Assembly: GCA_964413265.1 (NCBI GenBank)
Contig: CAYPRX010000119.1
Coordinates: forward strand, 15,445-79,444
DNA length: 64,000 bases
From: an uncultured Brevinematales bacterium
GTDB lineage: Bacteria; Spirochaetota; Brevinematia; Brevinematales; JAOACQ01
Direction of reading: 5' to 3'
Below the pieces are notes generated by a model. The model was not told the DNA's origin and made no database searches. It saw only the letters and a list, made by a program, of their open reading frames with translations. Positions 1 to 7,087 of the stretch are shown here, in pieces; position 1 is the stretch's first letter, and each line of letters opens with the position of its first letter. The translations under genes and the position numbers were made by a program.

Positions 1-699
1 ATGCCTGTGATCATCAGGAGAAAGGTTTTCCATACGTTCCTTAGTAAAACTGCCACTTAGAAGGCCTTTATACATCGGGCTGTATGAGATGACCCCTATT
101 TTGGTTTTATAGCAGTAGCCTAAAATTTTATCTTCTATTCCTGGAACTATCATGCTGTAAGGCGGCTGAAGGCTTGTTATAGGATATATCTTCTCAGCCC
201 TTTCCATCTGTGAAACGCTGAAATTTGAAACACCACCATACCTTATTTTTCCCTCCTTTATAAGTTCCGAGATTGCCTGCCAACCCTCTTCGATTTCATT
301 ATCAGGATCAGGCCAGTGGATCTGATACAGGTCGATCGTATCTATACCCAGACGTTTAAGGCTGGATTCAGCTTCGTGTTTTATGCTATCCCTTTTCAGG
401 CTTCCGCCGAGATTACCCATACTGTCCCATACCCTTTCACACTTTGTAGCTATAATGGGTTTTTCCTTCATTCCCTTCAGGGCCTTTCCGACCATCTCTT
501 CTGAATGTCCCAGACCGTAAGCTGCTGCTGTGTCTATCCAGTTTATCCCGAGGTCAATTGCCTTAAAGATAGTCTGGATGGATAATTCATCATCCTGGGG
601 CCCCCATGAAAATTGCCAGCCGGCACCTCCGATGGCCCAGGTACCCAGGCCTACAGCAGTGATTTCAAGACTGCTTCTGCCCAGTTTTTTCGTTTTCAT
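1..699 (-). CDS. Aldo/keto reductase (3' end runs off the window)
   Basis: Not in the ORF track; translated by hand: MKTKKLGRSSLEITAVGLGTWAIGG...WIDTAAAYGLGHSEE...IATK...SLKRLGIDTIDLYQIHWPD...GVSNFS...LQPPYS. Has the AKR Asp/Tyr/Lys/His catalytic residues; AGGAG RBS upstream. Confidence 0.93.
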   Translation of the reverse strand, partial: MKTKKLGRSSLEITAVGLGTWAIGGAGWQFSWGPQDDELSIQTIFKAIDLGINWIDTAAAYGLGHSEEMVGKALKGMKEKPIIATKCERVWDSMGNLGGSLKRDSIKHEAESSLKRLGIDTIDLYQIHWPDPDNEIEEGWQAISELIKEGKIRYGGVSNFSVSQMERAEKIYPITSLQPPYSMIVPGIEDKILGYCYKTKIGVISYSPMYKGLLSGSFTKERMENLSPDDHRH

Positions 700-853
700 A
701 GAGTTCTCCTCTTAAATTATATTAACTTTACTTCATTAATATATCAATTTCAGCAATTTGTGTCCAGTCCAGCAGAGAATGTTCGCTGTATTGCATCTTT
801 TTTTCTTCATCGGTACTTAGATAAATATAAATTTAAGCACTTGGAGGTGCATT

Positions 854-1429
854 ATGAAAAGAGTATGCGCTTATGTAATAAGCATTGCGGCAATTCTTGT
901 CATAAACTCGGCAGGTTTCTCACAAATGTTTGATGATGGGCCGGGATTCTATCATCCTGGAGACGATCACTGGGGAATGCGCTTTTACCATCATAGGATG
1001 ATGTCTCCAGAACTCCGTGCTATTGTCGATAAACTAAATCTTGAAACCACTATTGAGACCTTCCGTGTAAACGTAGAAAAGGTAAGGCTGGATGCTGCTG
1101 AAAAAAAGATCCCCCTCAAAGAAAAAGCCAGGGTGACATTGGCGAATTTAAAAGAGCTCTTTAAAAAATACCAGAGCGATAAAACTGTTTCTAAGGATAT
1201 CGTCCAGGCCCTGAAAGATTTGAACAGTACGAGAATCGCCATACGTCAGATCAGTAAAGACAGTTTTACAAAGATTCGCGCCTTAAAGGAGGGACTTGAC
1301 AGCGATATAGACAAAGCTGTTGATCTTTATATACAGAAAATCTCTGCAGGGGGAAGTGAACTTGATGAACTCGCCAAGCACTTTAACGACTGGAAATTCG
1401 ACAGGGGCAGATTTCACATGGAACAATAA
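854..1429 (+). CDS. Exported helical protein with a His/Met/Gly-rich N-terminus (Spy/CpxP/ZraP-like architecture)
   Basis: GGAGG RBS, signal-peptide-like N-terminus, HPGDDHWGMRFYHHRMM segment, charged helical body, followed by a terminator. Confidence 0.6.
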   Translation: MKRVCAYVISIAAILVINSAGFSQMFDDGPGFYHPGDDHWGMRFYHHRMMSPELRAIVDKLNLETTIETFRVNVEKVRLDAAEKKIPLKEKARVTLANLKELFKKYQSDKTVSKDIVQALKDLNSTRIAIRQISKDSFTKIRALKEGLDSDIDKAVDLYIQKISAGGSELDELAKHFNDWKFDRGRFHMEQ

Positions 1430-1455
1430 ACAGTTTTCCCCAATAATACCCACTA

Positions 1456-1486
1456 CCCCGCCCCTCTGGATGGAGCGGGGTTTTTT
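1456..1486 (+). terminator. Rho-independent terminator
   Basis: ACCCCGC...GCGGGGT stem followed by a T-run, just after the stop at 1429. Confidence 0.75.
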
Positions 1487-1489
1487 AGT

Positions 1490-1648
1490 TTATGCAGTTT
1501 CATCAAAATTATTGCCGATTTCCGGTTCTTCCAGCCTGTGCTGCTGAACAGTATCTTCCTCCCTTTCAGCTTCCTCCGCTCTATTCTCCTCTCTTTGAAT
1601 CGGTTCCAAAACGATCTCAAGGGGCTGCTGTACCGGTGTGATAATCAT
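1490..1648 (-). CDS. Small acidic protein (52 aa), paralog of 6691-6894
   Basis: Below the ORF-track cutoff. MIITPVQQPLEIVLEPIQREENRAEEAEREEDTVQQHRLEEPEIGNNFDETA; AAGGA RBS; aligns in register with 6691-6894. Confidence 0.8.
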   Translation of the reverse strand: MIITPVQQPLEIVLEPIQREENRAEEAEREEDTVQQHRLEEPEIGNNFDETA

Positions 1649-1671
1649 ATAAATTTCCTTTTATTGTATAT

Positions 1672-1700
1672 AATCTAATGTCAAGACAGTAATATGTCAA
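1672..1700 (-). promoter_or_regulatory. Sigma70-type promoter for the small protein 1490-1648
   Basis: TTGACA-N17-TAGATT on the minus strand. Confidence 0.5.
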
Positions 1701-1710
1701 CGGTCAAAGG

Positions 1711-1739
1711 TTGAAATTTTATTACCAAGGCATTAAAAT
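1711..1739 (+). promoter_or_regulatory. Sigma70-type promoter for the MFS-polyprenyl synthase-menA-ndh operon
   Basis: TTGAAA-N17-TAAAAT. Confidence 0.55.
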
Positions 1740-1774
1740 ACTTATCAAATAGCGTCTTGATGGAGGAAAATACT

Positions 1775-3007
1775 ATGACTTCTCCAAAGATCAAAGTTTA
1801 TCCCTACAGGTGGATGATACTATTTTCGTTTATGGCATTGATGGCATTGCAGCAGCTTCTCTGGATAACTTTTGCCAATATCACGGTTGAAGCTGCAGCA
1901 TTTTATAATGTATCTGCAATCAATATTGGTCTTTTATCAATGGTATTTATGATAGCATATGTATTTATGTCTATACCTTGTTCCTGGTTAATCGACACCT
2001 TCGGGTTTCGCTTCGCTGTGGGCATTGGAGCTGTAATAACAGGTATTTTCGGCCTCCTCCGCGGAATATTCGCAAGAGATTTCATGATGGTTCTTCTCTG
2101 CCAGATGGGAATTGCAATCGCCCAGCCCCTGGTCATTAATGCTGTAACAAAAATTTCCTCGAGGTGGTTTCCAATTGATGAAAGAGCCACAGCGGGTGGT
2201 CTCTCATGGCTGGGGGCTTATGCTGGAATTATTATCGGGCTGACCTTAACGCCTTTTCTGGCAAAGAGTAATGGGATTGAAGGAATGCTTAACTACTATG
2301 GGGGTGCATCGGCAGCTATTGCCCTGTTATTTATATTGACTGCAAGGGAAAATCCCCCGACTTTGCAGAACCCTGTCGAACAGGAGGTAAGGACTTTAGT
2401 CTTTGACGGTTTGAGAAGGCTTGTGGTAAAAAAGGATTTCCTATTCCTTATGCTGATATTTTTTATCGGTCTGGGTATTTTTAATGCCCTGGCGACATGG
2501 CTTGAGGAGATCGTTAAACCCAGGGGTTTTACTTCTGAACAGGCTGGGATAATGGGAGGTCTGATGGTATTAAGTGGAATATTGGGTTCAGCAGTCGTTC
2601 CGATGCTATCGGACAAACTCAGGAACCGTTCTCGATTTATCCTGGTGGCGGTAGCGGGCTCTATCCCAGGGCTCCTGGGAATAGCTTTTTCTTCTAACTA
2701 TATTATTGTGCTTTTATCATCAGCAATTTTAGGTTTTTTCCTTCTCAGTACCGCGCCTGTCGGATTTCAATATGGTGCTGAAATAGCATATCCTTCTCCT
2801 GAAGGGACATCCACGGGGGTTCTAATGATGATGGGTCAGATTTCCGGGATCGCCTTCATTTTCGGAATGGACCTCTTAAAGTCGCCTAAAACCGGAGCTA
2901 TGACATTTCCGATGATATTAATGATCATTTTAATGATGATCTGTATTCTGTTATCTTTTTTCCTAAAGGAATCCAAACTTATTCAGAAGGAAGAAGGTGA
3001 ACACTAG
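1775..3007 (+). CDS. MFS transporter (FLVCR/SLC49-like N-terminal signature)
   Basis: About 12 hydrophobic segments, motif A-like WLIDTFGFR and MLSDKLRNR, N-terminal VYPYRWMIL. Start placed at ATG 1775 after GGAGG. Confidence 0.88.
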   Translation: MTSPKIKVYPYRWMILFSFMALMALQQLLWITFANITVEAAAFYNVSAINIGLLSMVFMIAYVFMSIPCSWLIDTFGFRFAVGIGAVITGIFGLLRGIFARDFMMVLLCQMGIAIAQPLVINAVTKISSRWFPIDERATAGGLSWLGAYAGIIIGLTLTPFLAKSNGIEGMLNYYGGASAAIALLFILTARENPPTLQNPVEQEVRTLVFDGLRRLVVKKDFLFLMLIFFIGLGIFNALATWLEEIVKPRGFTSEQAGIMGGLMVLSGILGSAVVPMLSDKLRNRSRFILVAVAGSIPGLLGIAFSSNYIIVLLSSAILGFFLLSTAPVGFQYGAEIAYPSPEGTSTGVLMMMGQISGIAFIFGMDLLKSPKTGAMTFPMILMIILMMICILLSFFLKESKLIQKEEGEH

Positions 3008-3019
3008 GGTCAAAGGCGG

Positions 3020-4033
3020 TTGAACTGTATGGTAATTCAGGAATTTTATGAAAATTACTGGGGACGGATCGAAAGCCGTTTTATCGATATTATAAATAAA
3101 GGAAATCCTCCACCTTCAGTCATTGAAATCGTACTTTACCATTTTAAGAATCCCGGAAAACGCATGAGGTCTTTTCTATCAACAGGATTATTATTATGCT
3201 TTAATCCCAAGATCAGTGAAGGTGAACTGGATTTTGCAGCCTCAGTAGAACTCCTCCATAACGCCTCATTGATTCATGATGATCTTGAAGACCAGGATTT
3301 TTACAGACGGGGAGAATTGAATGTCTGGAAAAAATATTCCCCTGTACAGGCAATTAACATAGGAGACCTGATTTTTATAAAGTCGATCGAGATTCTCCTT
3401 GCTTCTGAGATCTCAGAGAATATTAAACTGCAATTGATCAGGAGAACTATGTTAGCGATAAATGAACTCATTCTTGGGCAGATGCTTGAAATATCATTCC
3501 GGGACACAATGAATATGACATGGAATGATTGGGAAAATATAGCTGCTCAAAAAACCGGTGCATTGTTCCGATTAATTTTTGAGGGTGTATTTTTAATTTC
3601 GGGTATTGATATACAGACTTGCGGGGATGAATTGAAAGGCATAGGCAGAGTAATGGGAATTCTTTACCAAATGAGGGATGATCTAATTGACGCAATGGGA
3701 TTGAAAGAAGGAAGAAGACAGGGGAGCGATGTCCTGGAAGGTAAAATTACCTGCCTTTCTATTAAAGCAATAGAGAAGGGAGTGGAAAAAGCTCAAATAG
3801 TCCGGGAAATGCTGTTAAACTCAGAGCAATCGGATCATGATTCCCGGATAAACAGATTAATTGAATTATATGAAAGCCAGGGAATTTTATCCGAATTACA
3901 AAAGTTTTTTTCGGGGCTCCTTGATCAATGCCGGAGTCACCCAATAATAATAAAATTTCCTCAGATAAAGCCTGCTTACAATAATTTTTTGAATATGTTG
4001 GAGATACGGGATAAAAAAAGGGGAGAATCATGA
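3020..4033 (+). CDS. Polyprenyl diphosphate synthase
   Basis: GKRMR, FARM LIHDDLEDQD followed by RRG, KTG, SARM QMRDDLID, EGKIT. Confidence 0.92.
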   Translation: MNCMVIQEFYENYWGRIESRFIDIINKGNPPPSVIEIVLYHFKNPGKRMRSFLSTGLLLCFNPKISEGELDFAASVELLHNASLIHDDLEDQDFYRRGELNVWKKYSPVQAINIGDLIFIKSIEILLASEISENIKLQLIRRTMLAINELILGQMLEISFRDTMNMTWNDWENIAAQKTGALFRLIFEGVFLISGIDIQTCGDELKGIGRVMGILYQMRDDLIDAMGLKEGRRQGSDVLEGKITCLSIKAIEKGVEKAQIVREMLLNSEQSDHDSRINRLIELYESQGILSELQKFFSGLLDQCRSHPIIIKFPQIKPAYNNFLNMLEIRDKKRGES

Positions 4034-4935
4034 AAATAAAAAACCTGCTTGTGGCGGCAAGGATGCCATTTGTAACTGCCAGTGTTTTTCCGGCAATATT
4101 AGCCATTGTCTGGTGCGCTTTTGTAGCCGGAAAATTTAATCCCTGGTATGCATTATTATTAGTAATTGGGGTGTTTTTAGTTCATATCATGGCAAATACT
4201 ATTAACGATTATTATGATTGGAATGTTTCAGATGCATCAAATCCAAACGTCAGCCCTTTTAACGGAGGAAGCCGCAGTATAATAGGAGATCTGGTCCCCA
4301 GAAACCTGTTTTTATTGATCGCAATGGCTTGTTCTGTTATTCTCTTATGCATAGCATTGATTTTTATCTTAACAGGCAGATTTTTTGTACTTTATTTTTC
4401 TCTTGCTGGATTGCTTTTCGGATATTTTTATTCCTCTCCGCCTTTTAAAATGCATTCCCGAGGTCTGGGAGAATTATTTATTTTTCTGGCTTTTGGACCT
4501 GTTTTAAGTGCAGCCGTTTGCTATGTGATGACAGGAGTTGTCAGAAAGGAACATTTTTTAGTTGGGGTACCTGCAGGGTTAGCTACAGCAGCTATTTTAT
4601 GGATAAATCAGTTCCCTGATTATAACTCGGATAAATTTGCCGGGAAATGGAATCTAACCGTCAGACTTGGATTAAAAGCATCTCGTTATTTTTATTTACT
4701 ATTAATTATTTCAGTTTATATAGCTACTGGCCTGCTCATATGTTTTCAAATTTTCAGCATTTGGTCAGCTCTCATCATCATTTTGATTCCCGGAATAATA
4801 AAAGCCACTGGAATTCTTTTTAATAATTATAAAAATCCGAAAAAACTTCTCCCTGCACAGGGTTTTACAGTTCAATTCCAGATGCTGACAGTTTTACTTA
4901 CAACGGCCGGTATAATAATCGGGCATTGGATTTGA
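4030..4935 (+). CDS. menA: 1,4-dihydroxy-2-naphthoate polyprenyltransferase (UbiA/MenA family)
   Basis: NTINDYYD, GGSR, YSSPPF..GLGE, INQFPDYNSD..GK.NL.VRLG; multiple TM helices; ATGA overlap with the upstream gene. Confidence 0.85.
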   Translation: MKIKNLLVAARMPFVTASVFPAILAIVWCAFVAGKFNPWYALLLVIGVFLVHIMANTINDYYDWNVSDASNPNVSPFNGGSRSIIGDLVPRNLFLLIAMACSVILLCIALIFILTGRFFVLYFSLAGLLFGYFYSSPPFKMHSRGLGELFIFLAFGPVLSAAVCYVMTGVVRKEHFLVGVPAGLATAAILWINQFPDYNSDKFAGKWNLTVRLGLKASRYFYLLLIISVYIATGLLICFQIFSIWSALIIILIPGIIKATGILFNNYKNPKKLLPAQGFTVQFQMLTVLLTTAGIIIGHWI

Positions 4936-4936
4936 T

Positions 4937-6085
4937 ATGAAGATTATTATTGTGGGTGCTGGATTTGCTGGTGTAAAATGCGCAAAAAAACTGGCCTCTT
5001 TGAAGGGACATGAAATTACAATATTCAATAAAACTGATTATACGGCTATGCTTCCTTCACTGCCTGATGTTGCCGGGGGCAGGGTTAAAGAAAAGTTCCT
5101 TAAGGAAAAAATCGTCAGGCTCTTACCTGAAAATATCAGTTTTCTAGGAGAGACAGTCACTAATGTTGATTTAGATTCAAAAAATGTCTCTTCTGCTAAA
5201 AATATTTATCCGTATGATATATTAGTCCTTGCCAGCGGTGCTGAGGTAAATTATTACGGTTTTAATCAAAATCTGGATAAAATATATACTCTTGAAAATG
5301 TCGAAGACGCCTTGAAAATCAACAGGGAGATCTTAAAAAGGGCAAAGAATGGCAGTCTAAAAAATGTTGTTATATCAGGTGCGGGGTTCACTGGCCTTGA
5401 GGTTGGAGCGAACATACATGAAGCATTGAAATATTATCCTAATATAGCTATCAGGTTTATAGAAAAAACAAATATGGTCTTGAGTACTCAGGAGCCTCTT
5501 TTTGCATCTTATGTAAAGAAAGAGCTGGAAAGTATGGGACTTCTATTTTATATGGAAGACTATGTTAAATCCTTTGACGGCAATAAAGTCGTACTGGAAA
5601 GCGGAATGGAATTCGACAAGTCGGCCTTAATTTGGACAAGCGGCCTGAAGAGAGCCGTTCAAATCACCGGTAAAACAAAAGAACTGTCCAATGGCAGGCT
5701 TATTGTCAATAAGGACCTGAGAATTACGGGATACGATCATGTTTTTGCAATCGGGGATTGTTCCGCCTTTCTGGATCATGGGAATTATCTCAGAATGTCG
5801 GTAAATTATGCTCAAACAATGGGCACTATTGCCGGTGTGAATATAAAAAGACTCATCTATGATAAGCCTTTAAAAAATTACAAACCTTTTGATTTAGGAT
5901 GGATTCTGCCGGTTACTTATACAAGCGTAGGTTATGTCTTTAAACTAAGAATAAAGGGAAAGATTGGCGTAATAATGCATTATATTATTATGGGTTTTAA
6001 AAATTATAATTTGACCAATTTGATTGCATATTTTGGTTATTCATTAAAATTCTTTTTTTCCCGGAAGTTTTACAGAAATAAATAA
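4937..6085 (+). CDS. Type II NADH dehydrogenase-like NAD(P)/FAD oxidoreductase
   Basis: Two Rossmann motifs (GAGFAG, GAGFTGLE), YDILVLASG, VFAIGD. Confidence 0.85.
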   Translation: MKIIIVGAGFAGVKCAKKLASLKGHEITIFNKTDYTAMLPSLPDVAGGRVKEKFLKEKIVRLLPENISFLGETVTNVDLDSKNVSSAKNIYPYDILVLASGAEVNYYGFNQNLDKIYTLENVEDALKINREILKRAKNGSLKNVVISGAGFTGLEVGANIHEALKYYPNIAIRFIEKTNMVLSTQEPLFASYVKKELESMGLLFYMEDYVKSFDGNKVVLESGMEFDKSALIWTSGLKRAVQITGKTKELSNGRLIVNKDLRITGYDHVFAIGDCSAFLDHGNYLRMSVNYAQTMGTIAGVNIKRLIYDKPLKNYKPFDLGWILPVTYTSVGYVFKLRIKGKIGVIMHYIIMGFKNYNLTNLIAYFGYSLKFFFSRKFYRNK

Positions 6086-6546
6086 TCCGCAGGAATAGTA
6101 AGGATTTTGCTTTTAATTTCTTTAAGTATATTGAGTAACATGTTTATTTTATCATCCGGCAAATTTTTTAAAACACTTATGAAAATTGAATTCATCAAGC
6201 GATGTGATTCGTTATTTTGATTATATGCGCAAATACCTTTCGGCGTTAATTCTATGAATAATCTTGAACGGTTGCCAGGGTCGACAAATTTTGTTATCAT
6301 TCCCTTTTTTTCTAACTTTTTGACAATTTGAGAAACTGCTCCCTTTGTTATTCCTAGTTCTTTTGCGAGACCAATGATATAATGTTCATTTGATTCTGAA
6401 ATACATGTAATCATATTGATTTCTGAATTGTATAAAAGTGAATCTGTGCCAAAATACATAGCCTTTTTGTAGATATTCTGATATTTATCAAAAATATCCA
6501 TTAAAGTATTAATAATCAATTGATATTTATATTTTAAATTTTTCAT
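6070..6546 (-). CDS. MarR-family transcriptional regulator
   Basis: Winged HTH: LAKELGITKGAVSQIVKKLEKKGMI..DPGNRSR..LTPKG. Confidence 0.9.
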   Translation of the reverse strand: MKNLKYKYQLIINTLMDIFDKYQNIYKKAMYFGTDSLLYNSEINMITCISESNEHYIIGLAKELGITKGAVSQIVKKLEKKGMITKFVDPGNRSRLFIELTPKGICAYNQNNESHRLMNSIFISVLKNLPDDKINMLLNILKEIKSKILTIPADYLFL

Positions 6547-6549
6547 AAA

Positions 6550-6576
6550 AAAAGTGTATAGTAACTATACACTTTT
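6550..6576. promoter_or_regulatory. Perfect 12-3-12 inverted repeat, probable MarR operator
   Basis: AAAAGTGTATAG-TAA-CTATACACTTTT, overlapping the marR promoter. Confidence 0.75.
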
Positions 6577-6581
6577 GTCAA
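6553..6581 (-). promoter_or_regulatory. Sigma70 promoter of marR (probably leaderless mRNA)
   Basis: TTGACA-N17-TACACT; the -10 box ends 7 nt before the A of the ATG at 6546; no SD sequence. Confidence 0.65.
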
Positions 6582-6631
6582 GTTATTTTTTTACATATCA
6601 TGTCACGAAAATTAAAAGTTAGTCATCCCGC

Positions 6632-6660
6632 TTGACATTATATAAAAAAAAAAGTATATT
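6632..6660 (+). promoter_or_regulatory. Sigma70 promoter for 6691-6894
   Basis: TTGACA-N17-TATATT. Confidence 0.65.
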
Positions 6661-6690
6661 GAATGTAGAATTCCTGAAAAGGAGGATATC

Positions 6691-6894
6691 ATGTTAATAA
6701 CGCCTGTTCAACAATATAAAGAATTAACAACCGTCCAGAAACAAAGGGAAGAGATGAAAGCAATTGAAGAAAAAAAAGCAAACGAAACAGAAAGGCAGAC
6801 TAAGGCAAAAAAAGAGGAAGATTTAAAATTGCCCGAACAGAAACCTACAATGCTTAAAGAAAAGACCGGCAATATGGTTGATTTTACAGCCTGA
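6691..6894 (+). CDS. Small charged protein (67 aa), paralog of 1490-1648
   Basis: AGGAGG RBS; MLITPVQQ...QREE...GNMVDFTA. Confidence 0.85.
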   Translation: MLITPVQQYKELTTVQKQREEMKAIEEKKANETERQTKAKKEEDLKLPEQKPTMLKEKTGNMVDFTA

Positions 6895-6906
6895 TAATAA
6901 CAAACA

Positions 6907-7014
6907 TTATTTATTTTTCTCGTTTTCTTTTTTCTTTTTCGCTTTTCTTTTTTCTTTTAAAGTTTTCTGGGGGGGTTTTTTAGATTCTTTTTTCCCCTTA
7001 TTCTTTTCACCCAT
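6907..7014 (-). CDS. Small Lys-rich basic peptide (35 aa)
   Basis: AAGGAG RBS, then MGEKNKGKKESKKPPQKTLKEKRKAKKKKENEKNK. Explains the T-rich tract at 6907-7014. Confidence 0.65.
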   Translation of the reverse strand: MGEKNKGKKESKKPPQKTLKEKRKAKKKKENEKNK

Positions 7015-7087
7015 TAATTTCTCCTTTTAAAATATTATTTTAAAATAATGTAATACTATTTTTTAAAAAAAGCAAACGATTTCTTTT

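Noticed and set aside
316-933. Plus-strand ORFs 316-504, 530-715 and 613-933
   Set aside because: Antisense shadows of the aldo/keto reductase or its promoter region; no RBS or motifs.
1701-3023. GGTCAAAGG repeated at 1702 and 3009 (resembles a CtsR half-site)
   Set aside because: Single half-sites; CtsR needs a tandem heptad. Probably chance.
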